A stretch of 63,940 bases of DNA, counting the filler, from an uncultured Methanosarcinales archaeon (GTDB lineage: Archaea > Nanobdellota > Nanobdellia > Woesearchaeales > JAGLXL01), in the NCBI GenBank assembly GCA_964472345.1. It is 5 parts of 5 records of this genome, joined end to end, with 100 filler letters (N's around TTAATTAATTAA, not from the genome) between each part and the next. Parts side by side here need not be neighbours in the genome. Positions count along the whole stretch, not along the records: positions 28,176 to 41,645 come from CAYYLB010000033.1; positions 41,746 to 55,199 come from CAYYLB010000034.1; 3 more parts are not named here. The stretch is one strand, 5' to 3'. Within the stretch, counting starts at the first letter, position 1. The number at the start of each line of letters is the position of its first letter. Made by a program: the position numbers and the translations under genes. The notes under the pieces were generated by a model. The model was not told the DNA's origin and made no database searches. It worked only from the letters and a program-made list of their open reading frames with translations. Positions 38,915-51,200 of the stretch are shown one piece after another.

Positions 38915-40006
38915 TCATCTCACATGCACCTCCACCACATCCCCGTCCTTCAGCGCATGCTCTATCCCGAACTTCTGGCCTGCGAACTTCGCGCTCTTCC
39001 CCCAGACGCGCGCGAACCGGAACTTCTTCACGAAATCCTTGTGCAGCTTCAGGCAGACGCTACCGACCGTCGCCCCTTCGCGCATGATGAGCGGCACATC
39101 CATGTCTGCATCCTTCCTGGCTTCCTTGGTATAAATGCGGATGAACCGCAGCTTCTGGAAGATCAGCTCTTTCAGCGCCCCGATATTCTCTTTTGTCTCG
39201 CCGGAGACCGCAATGTCCGCCTTCGTCGCGCGCATCACCTCAAGCAGCTTCCGCTTGCTCACGAGGTCGATCTTGTTCACCGCGACAATGCCCGGCAGGT
39301 ACACGCGGTTCCCTTCCAGCACATCAATCAGCTCATCTGCCGTGACATCTTCCCGCACAACCACCTGCGCGTTCACCACGCGGAACTCCCGCAGGATTGC
39401 CTCGATGGTCTCCCGCTCAAGCTGCGTCAGCTTCACCGTGACGCCAAGATCAAGCCCGCCGCGCTCCTTCCGCACGACGTTCACGTCCGGCTTCCGCACA
39501 TTGACCCGGATGTTGGTGTCATGGACCTCTTTCAGCAGCACCGGCAGATGCCCGGGATGGAACACATCGAGCAGCAGCAGGACAAGGTCCGCATTCCGGA
39601 TCACCGCAAGCACTTCCTTTCCTCTGCCAGTCCCCGCAGCGGCGCCTTGCAGGACACCCGGCACATCGAGGATCTGGATCTTCGCTCCGCGGTGCTCCAG
39701 CAGCCCCGGAATGACCGTGAGCGTCGTGAATGCGTACGCGCCGACGGGCGACTGCGTCCCCGTCAGCGCATTGAGCAGTGTTGACTTCCCAACCGACGGG
39801 AAGCCGAGCAGCACCACCGTCGCGTCGCCGCTCTTCGACACTGCATAGCCGCTTCCTGCTCCCTTGCCCGAGCCGCGCCGCTCCTGCTTCTCCCGCAGCT
39901 GCGCAATCTTCGCCTTGAGGATGCCGACGGCCTTCTGCGTGCGCTTGTTGTACTTCGTCCCTTGAAGCTCCTCTTCCAGTTCACGGATGCGCTCGGGCTG
40001 GGCCAC
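38915..40006 (-). CDS. DRG-family GTPase (Obg superfamily, TGS domain)
   Basis: GFPSVGKST, YAFTT, DVPG, NKID, FARVWGKSAKF. Confidence 0.95.
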   Translation of the reverse strand: MAQPERIRELEEELQGTKYNKRTQKAVGILKAKIAQLREKQERRGSGKGAGSGYAVSKSGDATVVLLGFPSVGKSTLLNALTGTQSPVGAYAFTTLTVIPGLLEHRGAKIQILDVPGVLQGAAAGTGRGKEVLAVIRNADLVLLLLDVFHPGHLPVLLKEVHDTNIRVNVRKPDVNVVRKERGGLDLGVTVKLTQLERETIEAILREFRVVNAQVVVREDVTADELIDVLEGNRVYLPGIVAVNKIDLVSKRKLLEVMRATKADIAVSGETKENIGALKELIFQKLRFIRIYTKEARKDADMDVPLIMREGATVGSVCLKLHKDFVKKFRFARVWGKSAKFAGQKFGIEHALKDGDVVEVHVR

Positions 40007-40259
40007 GGATCTGAGATAAGCGTCTCTTTTTTAATGGTTCTTGTTCTGGGAGTTCTTGGTATCCTGTTTTCCCCAGCGGGCTGCGCGCGGAACTCGGCTG
40101 CATCCCTCAGTTCGCTCACGCTCGGGCCAGCGCCGACCCTTGCCGTGCAGGGCAATTCACGGATGGGACGAAGCGGAAAGAGAGTGCGGCGTGGTCGGGC
40201 GTAGCAAGCAGTTCAAAAAAGAAAAAGTTTAAGAAGTTTATCCTATCCTCCCTATCATT

Positions 40260-40787
40260 ATGAAAAAAGTGATAATTGCTTCAAAAAACCCCGTCAAAAT
40301 CCAAGCTGTTAAAGACGGTTTTGAAAAAATGTTCCCTAACGAAAGATTTGAATTTATTGGTGTTTCTGCCCCTTCAAATGTTGCAGATCAGCCATTCAGC
40401 AGTATTGAAACATTCACGGGGGCAATGAATAGGGTGGATCATGCTTCGAATGAGGTTAAAGACGCCGACTTTTATGTTGGTGTTGAGGGTGGAGTTGAGG
40501 AAGGAGAAGGGGAAATGGAAGTTTTTGCATGGGTTGTAGTAAAGTCAGCTCAGCAATATGGTAAATCAAGGACGGGAACATTTTTTCTTCCAAAAGAAGT
40601 AGTGAGACTCATTAAACAAGGTAAGGAACTGGGTGAAGCTGATGATATTTTTTTTAAGCGTAGTAATTCTAAACAACAAAACGGTGTCGTGGGGATTTTG
40701 ACAGGAGATGTGATTGACCGAGTTAAGTATTATACCGAAGCAGTTGTATTATCTCTTATTCCTTTCAAGAATGCAGGGTTATACTAG
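40260..40787 (+). CDS. yjjX: Inosine/xanthosine triphosphatase (YjjX family), AT-rich
   Basis: ASKNPVKIQAV, SNVADQP, GVEGG, GKELG, GVVGILT. Confidence 0.9.
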   Translation: MKKVIIASKNPVKIQAVKDGFEKMFPNERFEFIGVSAPSNVADQPFSSIETFTGAMNRVDHASNEVKDADFYVGVEGGVEEGEGEMEVFAWVVVKSAQQYGKSRTGTFFLPKEVVRLIKQGKELGEADDIFFKRSNSKQQNGVVGILTGDVIDRVKYYTEAVVLSLIPFKNAGLY

Positions 40788-41045
40788 AGAAATCTTGTCT
40801 TTTTTGAATTTCACTTAACACGGTTGAACTCTTTTACCCTGCGTAGTGGGGTAAAATTGCGTCCGCAAAGTCGAGAAAGATGGCGTTCTATCTAATGAGC
40901 GAATGCGATGTATCAAGAATAACAACCAAGGGCAAAAACTCTTAAGGTTTAGAAGCTGTTGGAGCTGGCTCGCGCGCACGCCGGCGGACGTTTGGACGCA
41001 GCGCGGAATCGGAGCGTTTATAAAGCAGGATTTGCTTGTGGGTTT

Positions 41046-41612
41046 ATGGTAAACGCATCGTCCGTCGCGGAAGCAGTTTCCGGCTATGGGCGCTCGGTGT
41101 TCTCCGGCGTGCTTGCCAAGCTGCTGCTCGCGCTGCTGATCCTGCTCGGCGGCTTCATTCTTGGCCGGCTTCTCGGGCGCCTGACTGAGTTCCTGCTGCG
41201 TGAAGTCGAGGTGGACCGCTGGCTGGAGCGCTGGGGCTTTAAGATGCCTCTCGAGAGGACGATCGCGACGATCCTTTCGTATGCCGTCTATGTTCTTGCG
41301 ATAGTGTTCACGCTGGAGACGGTTGGGATTACGAATGCGGTGCTGTATGTGGTCATCGGCGGAGCCATCACGCTCATCGTGTTCACGACGATTCTCGGGG
41401 TGCGGGATATTGTTTCCAATTTCCTCGCAGGGCTGCTCATCTACCGCAAAGGGCTTTTCCGCGAGGGGCAGCGGATAACGGTTCAGAATGTTGACGGGGT
41501 GGTGAAGCGCATCAGCATCGTGGAAACGGAGCTGGTGACGAAGAAGGGCGATAGGGTCCACATCCCCAATGCGCTGCTGCTGCGCTCAACGCTGGTGGTA
41601 AGGAAAGGGTGA
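41046..41612 (+). CDS. Small-conductance mechanosensitive channel (MscS family, short)
   Basis: RDIVSNFLAG, FREGQRI, VHIPN. Confidence 0.85.
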   Translation: MVNASSVAEAVSGYGRSVFSGVLAKLLLALLILLGGFILGRLLGRLTEFLLREVEVDRWLERWGFKMPLERTIATILSYAVYVLAIVFTLETVGITNAVLYVVIGGAITLIVFTTILGVRDIVSNFLAGLLIYRKGLFREGQRITVQNVDGVVKRISIVETELVTKKGDRVHIPNALLLRSTLVVRKG

Positions 41613-42090
41613 GTTCGGCATCTCTGCAGCTGGCTTTCTGGTACTNNNNNNNNNNNNNNNNNNNNNNNNNNNNNNNNNNNNNNNNNNNNTTAATTAATTA
41701 ANNNNNNNNNNNNNNNNNNNNNNNNNNNNNNNNNNNNNNNNNNNNACGAGCACAATCAGAACACACCAACCTAATGCCTATTTCAACGGGAATTTAGGAA
41801 TTTTACATCGTTTGTTTTGCCCTATATGCCTTAGCTTTGGTGACTCAAAGTGCCCGGAACCGAATTGAACATAACGAGGTTATGTTTGGTGGGGGTCTAG
41901 GGAGCGAGGGTAACTGAAAATGCGAGCCGCAGCGAGCCATAGATAGTGAGCGACCGTCCCCCACCCGAGCACCGCAACCGCAGTGAGGAGCGCAGAGTTC
42001 GTGAACCACTGGCAAGAAAGGAGGTGCTGCCCGATTTATCGTTTTTTTAACGAAAGGTTTTTATAGTAGACACATTACAATTACATTACA

Positions 42091-42339
42091 ATGGTAATGG
42101 ATACACTACAGGTTAGGTTAAGTCATGGGATTGTAGAAAAAGTAGACGATTTGGTAGAAACAGGTATATATGCAAATAGGTCAGATGTTATTCGGGATGC
42201 AGTAAGAAGATTAATTCTAGATAAATTGGTAGGAATAATCCCTAATACGGGTGATTCTATAAAAGAAGTAAAAGAAATGAGAAAAAAATTATCTAAAGAG
42301 AAGTTTAATCTTGAAGCGATCAATAGGTTAGCGGAGTAA
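42091..42339 (+). CDS. Ribbon-helix-helix (CopG-like) protein, probable antitoxin
   Basis: LQVRLS...VDDLVETGIYANRSDVIRDAVR. Confidence 0.85.
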   Translation: MVMDTLQVRLSHGIVEKVDDLVETGIYANRSDVIRDAVRRLILDKLVGIIPNTGDSIKEVKEMRKKLSKEKFNLEAINRLAE

Positions 42340-42762
42340 ATCTTCTGGTCTGAAAACTTTCACGTGCTCTTGTGCAAATTCCATTAAATCTCTATCTCTT
42401 GTAATGAGGGGAACATTCAGCCTCTTGGCAATTGCAACGTGCAGATAATCATAGAAACTGAGAAGTTGATGTTCTTGCTCCCACTGCCGTGCTTGGTCGT
42501 AATCGTTTGGTGTCGTTTTGATGATTTTGATAGAGTCGCTTTCTTTGAAGAATTGTTTTACTTCATTGAATTTATCGCCCAACTTGAAAGTTAGTTCTTT
42601 GAGGGTGATGGTAGAGATTACTATGAAATTGTTGTCATCTTCAATCTGTTCGAAGAAGTCTTTGGCGAGTTTCCAGTAGGGAATGCCTTTGGTTTCATCG
42701 CCTTCTTTTTTGAAGAGATTGAGCCAGATACACGTATCTACATAATGGGATTTTTGTGGCAC
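42328..42762 (-). CDS. PIN-domain (VapC-like) toxin
   Basis: YVDTCIW, LKEL, DYLHVAIA, LITRDRD; GTG start behind a TTTTAAA box. Confidence 0.88.
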   Translation of the reverse strand: MPQKSHYVDTCIWLNLFKKEGDETKGIPYWKLAKDFFEQIEDDNNFIVISTITLKELTFKLGDKFNEVKQFFKESDSIKIIKTTPNDYDQARQWEQEHQLLSFYDYLHVAIAKRLNVPLITRDRDLMEFAQEHVKVFRPEDLLR

Positions 42763-43206
42763 AAGATAAGAAAAGTAATGGTGTTTAAAAGATTTTACTC
42801 CTGTTAGGCTATACGTTGCCAACGTTTAAATGCTTTAACGTAAGAATAATTTAGGTCGAACCATTCCCCATTCATTCTTTTTGATTAAACATAACGGCTG
42901 TTAGGCTCCCCGAGTTTAACTCCGAAGGAGAAGGAGATGTTCATATTGACGGGGCGCCGGTGCGCATCAGGCATCAGCCGCACCGCCGGCCGCGTACAGC
43001 CGATCCAGCGGGTTTTTTCCACCGCAGGCATCCGCGGCGCCGTCGACATTCCCCTGCACGGAGGGAGGTGCCCGCGCCGGCAATGTATCTATCTTAATAT
43101 ATATCTTAAGATAGTTCTATCAAAAAATATAAATATTTAAATAGCGCCCCCAGATGTGACCACTTATCAATAGATAAAGAGGGGTGGTTTACTGGGGTGG
43201 AACACT

Positions 43207-45228
43207 ATGAACAAGCTATTCATCGGGCTCATCGTCTTTACCATGCTCTTTGCAGGCGCAGCCGCCGCGCAGGACGCGCTTGATATCGTCACTTCTTCCG
43301 TCACGCTGAGCGGCAACACGCAGCAGACGCTCGCCGGAACATTTGTCGTGCAGAACACCGGCACCACGACCATCGGAGTCTCATTCACCGGCCTGACACT
43401 TACTGCAGGCTCGCGGACACTGGTCATAAGCCCGATTACCGCCATCACCGGCCTCGCTCCCAACGCGCAGCAGACGGTAAGCATGAGCGTTGCGACCGGC
43501 AACTCCTTCGCGGGCGCATACACTGGCAGCCTCATCGCCCGCGTTTCCACCGACACCTCAGTCAACGATTCGCTCCCGGTGAGCGTCACCGTCAATCCCG
43601 CTCCTGCATTGACTGCAACCAACCCCAGCCTCACGGTTGCCAAGGGAACGACGAAAACAGCTACTCTGACACTTACTAACACCGGCAACACTGATCTGAG
43701 CGGCGTCACGCTCACGGTCGGCAGCATCGCAAGCGGAAGCAACACCCTGCCCGCAAGCGCAATCTCGCTGAGCAGCTCCAGCTCCAGCATTGCCTTCGGC
43801 AACTCTGATACCATCACCATCACGGTCACGCCGCCGGCAACGCAGGCAAGCGGCACGTACACCGGCCCGATCACCATCGATCTCGGAACCTCGCAGCTCA
43901 CCGCGACGCTCACCGTTGTCGTGCGTGACGCAGTCCACAGCGTTGCATTCAACAGCTCGCAGATCCTTCTGGGCAGCTCGACAACCGACCGGAACACCAC
44001 GCAGACCGCGACATTTACCATCGAGAACACGGGCGACTTCACCGAAACCGTCGCGCTCAGCCTCGTGAACATCGCTTCAAGTTACAATGCGCAGCTTTCG
44101 GCGGCGCAGGTGACGCTCGCTCCCGCTGCGACATCGTCCATTACCCTCACCGCTTCGATCCCTGTTGGCCAGGATTCCGGCGTGCAGACGATCGGCAAGG
44201 TGCAGCTCAGCTACAGCAGCACGACAACCGTCAAAGACGTGCAGGTCGAGGCCCGCTCGCGGCTTTCGATCGAAGACATTGACGTCACCGTCGGCCAGAG
44301 CACCGACAACAACCTCGAGGAGGGGGAGCGCATCGAGGATGATGCCACTCCCGAGGACACGGTCGAATTTGACATTGAGGTAAAGAACCTGTTCAGCGAT
44401 TCGCAGGACATCGAGATAGAGAATATCGAGGTCGAGGTCACCATCGAGAACATCGACGATGACGACGATCTCGAGGAATCAAGCGACGAGATCGACCTTG
44501 ATGCTGATGACAAGGAGCGCGTCAAGGTGACATTTAAAGTTCCCATCGAAGCGGACAGCGGCACCTATGATGTGGTGATTGTCGCGACGGGAGACGATGA
44601 GAACGGCGCCCGCCATACGGACACCGTGAACCTCAAGCTCCGCGTCGACAAGGAGGATGATGATGTTCGCATCACCCGCAAGGAGCTGACCAGCTCAACC
44701 GTGAGCTGCAGCCGCACCACGAGCCTGCGTGTCGAGATCCGCAACTTCGGCTCTGACGACCAGGACGATGCCGCCCTGCTGGTCAGCAACGATGCGCTCA
44801 GCCTCAGCAAGCGCTTCGATGACATCGAGCTGGACAGCGACCCGGATGACCGTGACTCGCGATTCAGCCAGACGGTTGACATCGCGGTTCCCGCAGGCGC
44901 CGCTGCAGGCGCTTATCCGATTGAACTTGTCGCATTCATCGACGGCGACCGCCGCATCGACCGCGAGGAAGTGAGCCTGCGCGTCGATGACTGCGCGGCA
45001 GCGTCAACGGCAAGCCAGGGAACAGCCACGAGCACGGCCCCTGCAACCACGCCGGAGCGCGTCCTGGTCAACCGCACGGCGACCGTCACGCCGGCAGCCT
45101 CGCCTGCAGCCGCGGAAACCGTTGAAGTCCCGTTCACGCAGTCGCCGGTCTTCCTGGCGCTGCTCGTGCTCGGCAACCTTGTGGTGCTGGGGGCGATTGT
45201 GTTTTTGGTGCTCAAATTCCTTGTCTAA
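43207..45228 (+). CDS. S-layer-like surface protein with Ig/CARDB-like repeats and C-terminal TM anchor
   Basis: Signal peptide, repeated NTG motifs, acidic domains, terminal hydrophobic helix. Confidence 0.85.
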   Translation: MNKLFIGLIVFTMLFAGAAAAQDALDIVTSSVTLSGNTQQTLAGTFVVQNTGTTTIGVSFTGLTLTAGSRTLVISPITAITGLAPNAQQTVSMSVATGNSFAGAYTGSLIARVSTDTSVNDSLPVSVTVNPAPALTATNPSLTVAKGTTKTATLTLTNTGNTDLSGVTLTVGSIASGSNTLPASAISLSSSSSSIAFGNSDTITITVTPPATQASGTYTGPITIDLGTSQLTATLTVVVRDAVHSVAFNSSQILLGSSTTDRNTTQTATFTIENTGDFTETVALSLVNIASSYNAQLSAAQVTLAPAATSSITLTASIPVGQDSGVQTIGKVQLSYSSTTTVKDVQVEARSRLSIEDIDVTVGQSTDNNLEEGERIEDDATPEDTVEFDIEVKNLFSDSQDIEIENIEVEVTIENIDDDDDLEESSDEIDLDADDKERVKVTFKVPIEADSGTYDVVIVATGDDENGARHTDTVNLKLRVDKEDDDVRITRKELTSSTVSCSRTTSLRVEIRNFGSDDQDDAALLVSNDALSLSKRFDDIELDSDPDDRDSRFSQTVDIAVPAGAAAGAYPIELVAFIDGDRRIDREEVSLRVDDCAAASTASQGTATSTAPATTPERVLVNRTATVTPAASPAAAETVEVPFTQSPVFLALLVLGNLVVLGAIVFLVLKFLV

Positions 45229-45263
45229 GGGACAGGGAGAAGGACATGCCTGGGCTGTAAACC

Positions 45264-48200
45264 ATGGAAACCGGAGGTGGAAGGAAAGCAGTATTCATCA
45301 CGCTACTGCTCGCGCTCTTCCTCCTCACGGTGCGTGCGGCCGCTGCTGACGTCGCGATTAACGAGTTCTTGGCGAATGGCGTGGCCGAGCCCGGAAGCGA
45401 ATGGATCGAGCTCTACAACAACGGAACCGCGGCCGTTGACATTACCGGCTGGAACATCACTGACGGAGAATTAAACTCAAATTTTACCTTTCCAGCATTC
45501 ATCCTCGAGCCCGGATCATTTGTCCTTGCGGTGCGGGATTCTGCGCAGTTCAATGCGACGTTCAACGATTCGCTCTTCTTCAACAGCTCGGTGACGGTAT
45601 TTGAGTACAAGACGGATGCGCCCGGGCTGCAGCTTGCCAATGGGGGAGACAACATTACCCTGTTTGCTGCCGATAGCGCGGCGACCGTGCAGGACAGCAT
45701 CAGCTTTGGAGCGCAAAGTGAGGGAGTCTCGCAAGGCCGCCTCCCCGACGGCAACGGCTCTTCGGACCTTGTGTCATTCTCACGCCCGACTCCCAGCAAC
45801 CGCAATGACAACATCCCGCCGGCCATCAACGCCTCGCTCACGCCGATCGAGAACACCACCGTCACCGGCACGCTCACGCTTGTCGCGAACATCACCGACA
45901 ACCTCTATCCGATCGACACTGCGCTGGTGGAGATCAACAGCATCAACAGCACCCTGGCACAGGCGGGCGACCTCTGGAGCTTCTCCTGGGACACGACGCT
46001 GCTCCCGGATGGTGTGTACAACCTCACATTCTTCGCGAATGACACTGCAGGGCTGAGCAGCTCAGCGTTCATCCGGAATGTCACGGTCGACAACAGCAGG
46101 CCGAACGTCACGCTCAGCAGCCCCGTGGACGGCTCGGTGCTCGGCGGGCCGCTCATCCTCAACGCGACGGTCAACGACAGCTCGCCCATTGACACGGTCT
46201 TTTTCAATGTCAGTAACGCCACGGACACCCTTATCATCCCTGCGGCGCAGAGCGGCGGGGAGTTCGCGGAGCAGCTCAATACCGCGGTACTGAATGACGG
46301 CCCCTACACCGCTGCCGTCTTCGCCAACGACACCGTCAACAACACCAATAGCTCACAGTCCGCAGCGTTCACGGTTGACAACCTCAAGCCGAACGCCAGC
46401 ATCAACGGCCCCGCCGTCGCGCCGCCGGTGCGCGGAACGGTCCCCCTCAACGCGACTATCACGGACGCAACGGCGCTAACGGTCACCTTCGAAATCACGA
46501 ACGCGAGCAACGGCTTCAACAGCACACCGGCACTTACGGGCGGCGAGTTTGTCTCTCTGCTTGACACCACCACCCTCGCGGACGGAGCGTACAATTTCGG
46601 CGTCCTTGCCGTCGACGCTGCGGGGAACACGAACGCGAGCGAGGTGACCGCGCTGACGGTCGATAATACGGCACCGGCTGTGACGATTAACAGCCCCGCT
46701 GATGGGCGCAATGTCACGCGCACGCTCACCCTGAACGCGACGGTCGCGGACGCTGCGCTTGACACGGTGCTCTTCAACATCAGCAACAGCTCAGGCTTCT
46801 CCCTGCTGGCCGCGGCTCCAAGTGGAGCGGAGCAGGCTGCCGCGCTTGACACGGCCACCCTCAATGACGGCGCCTATACTATCAATGTCCTTGCGAATGA
46901 CACCGCCGGAAACAGGAACGCGACAGAAGCCGTCACCGTCACCATCGACAACACGCGGCCGGCCGTGACCATCAACGCGCCAACCGCTGCTGCAAACGTT
47001 TCCGGCACAACACTCTTGAACGTTACGGTAACCGATGCCTCGCCGCTCAGCGTCGCCGTCCTCAACCTAAGCAACGCAACCGACGCCCTCAGCACCATCA
47101 CCGTAACAGGAGGGAACGGCGAGCTCGCGGAACTGCTCGACACCACGTCGCTCCCTGACGGCACTGCCACACTGCAGGTCATCGCCAACGACACACTCAA
47201 CAACACCAACGCGACGGAGACGGTTTCGTTCTTCATCGACAACACGCCGCCAGCAGTGACCATCATCACCCCGCCCAACGGAACGAATGCCTCTGGCACG
47301 CTCACCCTGAACGCGACGGTCACCGATGCGCTCGCGCTCAGCATCGTTTTCTTCACCGTCAGCAATACGACAGACTTGGCAGCGATTGCCGCAACGCCGG
47401 CCGGCAGCGAGCAGAGCGCAGCGCTGGACACGGCGACGCTGAACGATGGCTCCTATGTAATCGCACTCTTTGCGAATGACACCCTGAACAATACCAACAG
47501 CAGCCAGGGGGCAACCGTTGTTATCGACAACACACCCCCAGTTATCACCCTTGGCGCCTGCACGCCCGATCCGGCAAACCTGACACAGGCGGTGACGTGC
47601 AACGCGACTATCACGGACAATCTCGTCGGCATCGGCACCGTCCAGGCGGTCGTCACGCTCCCCAACAGCACCAATGAAACCCAGACGCTCACCTTCAATG
47701 GCAACGTCTACCAGTTCACCTTCACCGGCACTGTGCTGCGCGGCATATACAACGTCACCTGGCGTGCGAATGATACGCTTAACAACAGCAATAAGGTAGT
47801 GACCAATTTCACGATCCTCAACCGCGCGCCCGAGCAGAACGGCACCGTGCCCAATCTCACCTGGTCGGAAGATACCAACATCACGCTCAACCTCAGCGCG
47901 TTCTTTACTGATGCGGACGGGGACAACCTGACGTTCCTCAACACGAGCGGCCCTTCGCTCACCACCATTTTTATCAACGAAAGCGGCCTTGTCACCTTTG
48001 AGCCGCCAGCGGATTTCAACGGCACGGACAGCGTCGTCTTCACCGTCAGCGATGGCTTCGGCGGCAGCAACACGACCAACAACATAACCCTCAATGTGAC
48101 ACAGGTCAATGACGCTCCCACCATCGCCCCGACGGTTCCCAATATCACGCTCGCGGAAGACTCCGGCGCCTTCGTGCTGTTCCTGACGCAGAACGAGCAG

Positions 48201-51200
48201 GACATTGAAGACCTGAACGGCACCGGCTTAAGCAATGGCCTGAGCTGGGCAGTGATCAACCAGAACGCCTCATTGTACAGCCTCTTTGTGTTCTCCACGC
48301 TTGACATGCTCGTCTTCAATACCACGCTGGACGCCTTCGGAACGGATACAATCGGCCTGATCCTGACCGATTCCGGCGGCCTGAGCGCGACGCAAAACCT
48401 CACGGTTACCATAACCCCCGTGAATGACGCGCCGGCCATCGCACCCATCCCGGCGCAATCCGTTACCGAGGATACGCTCACCACGCTTGAGCTGGCGCCG
48501 TTCCTCAGCGATGCTGATGGCGGGCTCGCCAGCCTTGTGGTGCAGGCCAACAGCAGCCGCGTGCTCGTCAATAGGCAGAACCTCACGTTCAACTACACCG
48601 ACCAGGCTGTCACAAGCGAAGGCATCGAGCTCAACGTGACCGACGGCATCGCCAATGCATCGCGCATATTCAACATCACTGTCACCTTTGTCAACGACGT
48701 GCCGCAGTTCGCAGGCATCCTGCTCCAGACAGTAGCAGAGGACGGCGGCGGCAGCACGCTCAACCTCACCCCATTCATTTCCGATGAAGAGACTGCCGCT
48801 GCGGGCCTGACGCTCACGCTGCTCAGCGAGAATGCGAGCCAGGTGGACTGCTCGGTCACGTCGCAGACGCTCAACCTCACCCCCGCAGCAAACTTCAGCG
48901 GCCTTGCGCAGTGCGAGCTTCAGCTGAGCGACGGCAGCGCAGCCGCAAGCACGAACATCAGCATCAATGTCACGCCGGTGAATGATGCCGTGCAGCTGCT
49001 CAGCGCCATCCCGAACCAGACGCTGACGGAAGATACTCCCGCGGTGCTCAATCTCACGCCGTTCTGGTTCGATGCTGACGGCGACGCGATCGGCTATAAC
49101 GTCGCGGCGCAGGGGCCGAATGTCACCATCACACTCAATAACGCGACGCGCACCGCAACGCTCCAGCCGGCAGCAAACTTCTCCGGCAGCACGTGGATGA
49201 TCCTCGCTGCGACAGATGGCACGACGAGCGCGAACAGCTCGAACGTGAGCATCACCGTCACTGCAGTGAATGATGAGCCGCCGGCCGTCAGCGCGTTCCC
49301 GGCCGTGATCTTCAGCGAGGACAGCTTCAACGCAAGCATCAACCTGAGCGACTTTGTTGCCGATGCGGACACGCCCGATGACCAGATCAGCTGGAGCAAG
49401 CTCGGCGACCCCCGCATCCTCTTCAGCGTGCTTCCCGGACAGCGCGCCAATTTCAGCGCAGTGCCAGACTTCTGCGGCACGACTGCCATCCTCCTCACCG
49501 CAAGCGACGGTAACACGACGGACAGCGAGCCGGTCACGGTTCAGGTCAACTGCGTTGCGGACGCGCCCGTGGTTAACCTCACGGCGCCGGCGAACGGCAG
49601 CACCATCAACAGCACAACGGTCACCTTCAGCTGGACAGCAAGCGACGCAGACAACGATACCTTGAGCTTTACGCTGCACCTCGGAACGGGCAGCAATCCA
49701 CCTGCCAATCTTACCACCACGGCCACGAGCGCGACGCTCAGCGGCCTGGCGAACAACCAGCTGCACTTCTGGCGCATTGTCGCGAACGACAGCACCTCCG
49801 TAGTCAGCTCGCCGACGCGGCAGTTCACGGTCATGACAAACCTGCCACCTGTCATCACCACATTCGCGCCAGCGGACACGACACCGGCGGTCGCCGAAGG
49901 CAGCACCCTCGCATTCAGCGTCACCGCGACTGATCCGGAGAGCGCTCCGCTGCGCTTCAACTGGACGCTCGATGGCACACAGGTTTCCACCACCGCGGCG
50001 TTCACCTACGCGCCGGGGTTCAGCGACGCCGGGGCGCACACCGTCCTGGCCAACGTGACAGACAGCGTGAACAACACCGCAACCCAGCAGTGGAACGTCA
50101 CCGTGACGGGAACGAACACCGCGCCGGTGATCAACGGCACGATTCCCGCGCAGACGCTTGCCGAGGATGGAGGTACCCTGACGCTGGACCTGACGCCCTT
50201 CGAGCGCGATCTGGAAGACGGCAATGCCGGACTGACGTGGAGCGTTTCCGGTGTCGACGCGAGCCTCCTCACCATCACCATCAATGCGGCGACGGACGAG
50301 GCTGCCATCACTCCCGTGGCCAACGCCTTCGGCAGCGATACGGCCACCTTCACTCTTACCGATTCAGGTGGCCTCACCGCAAGCCAGAACGTGCTTATCA
50401 CGGTGACTGCGGTCAACGACCCGCTCACGATCACCTCATTCAGCCCATCGTTTGACGACCCGGCCATCGGTGATAATGAGACACTCGTCTTCAGCATCAC
50501 CGCGGTTGATCCCGATGGCACGGCACCCTCTATCACATGGTTCGTGAACAATGCACTGTCCGGCACCGGCAGCACCTTCGCCTTCACCGGAACGTCGCTC
50601 GGCGCCTTTGCTGTCAGGGCGAACGTCAGCGACGGGAGCGTCACCCTCGCGCAGGAATGGGACGTCACCGTGTCCCGCGCACCGATCCTCAGCGCCTTCG
50701 ACGGATCCACAACCTTCAATGTCACCACCATGAACGACTCGCAGCTCGCAAGCGTCTCCAGCTTCATCCTCGAGCGCAGCGGCGTCGCGCGCATCGTCTT
50801 CACGCAGCCCGTTGACCTGCGCGACGCCGTCGATTTTGGCAATCTCGTGATCATGCAGAACAACCTTGTTGGCATTGATACCGCGGCATTGCCGGAGCTC
50901 AACAGGTCCGCGCGCATCACGCTCTTCAATGTCAATGTGAACAGCCCCGTGATCCTGTTCAACGGCGGCTTCACCGCAAACACGAGCGCCATCGCCGGCG
51001 TCTGCGACTTCTGCACCATCATCAGCAGCGCGAATAACCAGATCGTCTTTGATGTGACGCATTTCACGACATTCATGGCCGTGCCGTCAACCGCTGCGGA
51101 CCTGCGCGTCCCGGACAGCATCACCATTGGCGGCGCCAACGCGGCGCGCAACAGCACGGTCAACGCGAGCTTTACCATCACGAACCCTGGAACGCTTGCA

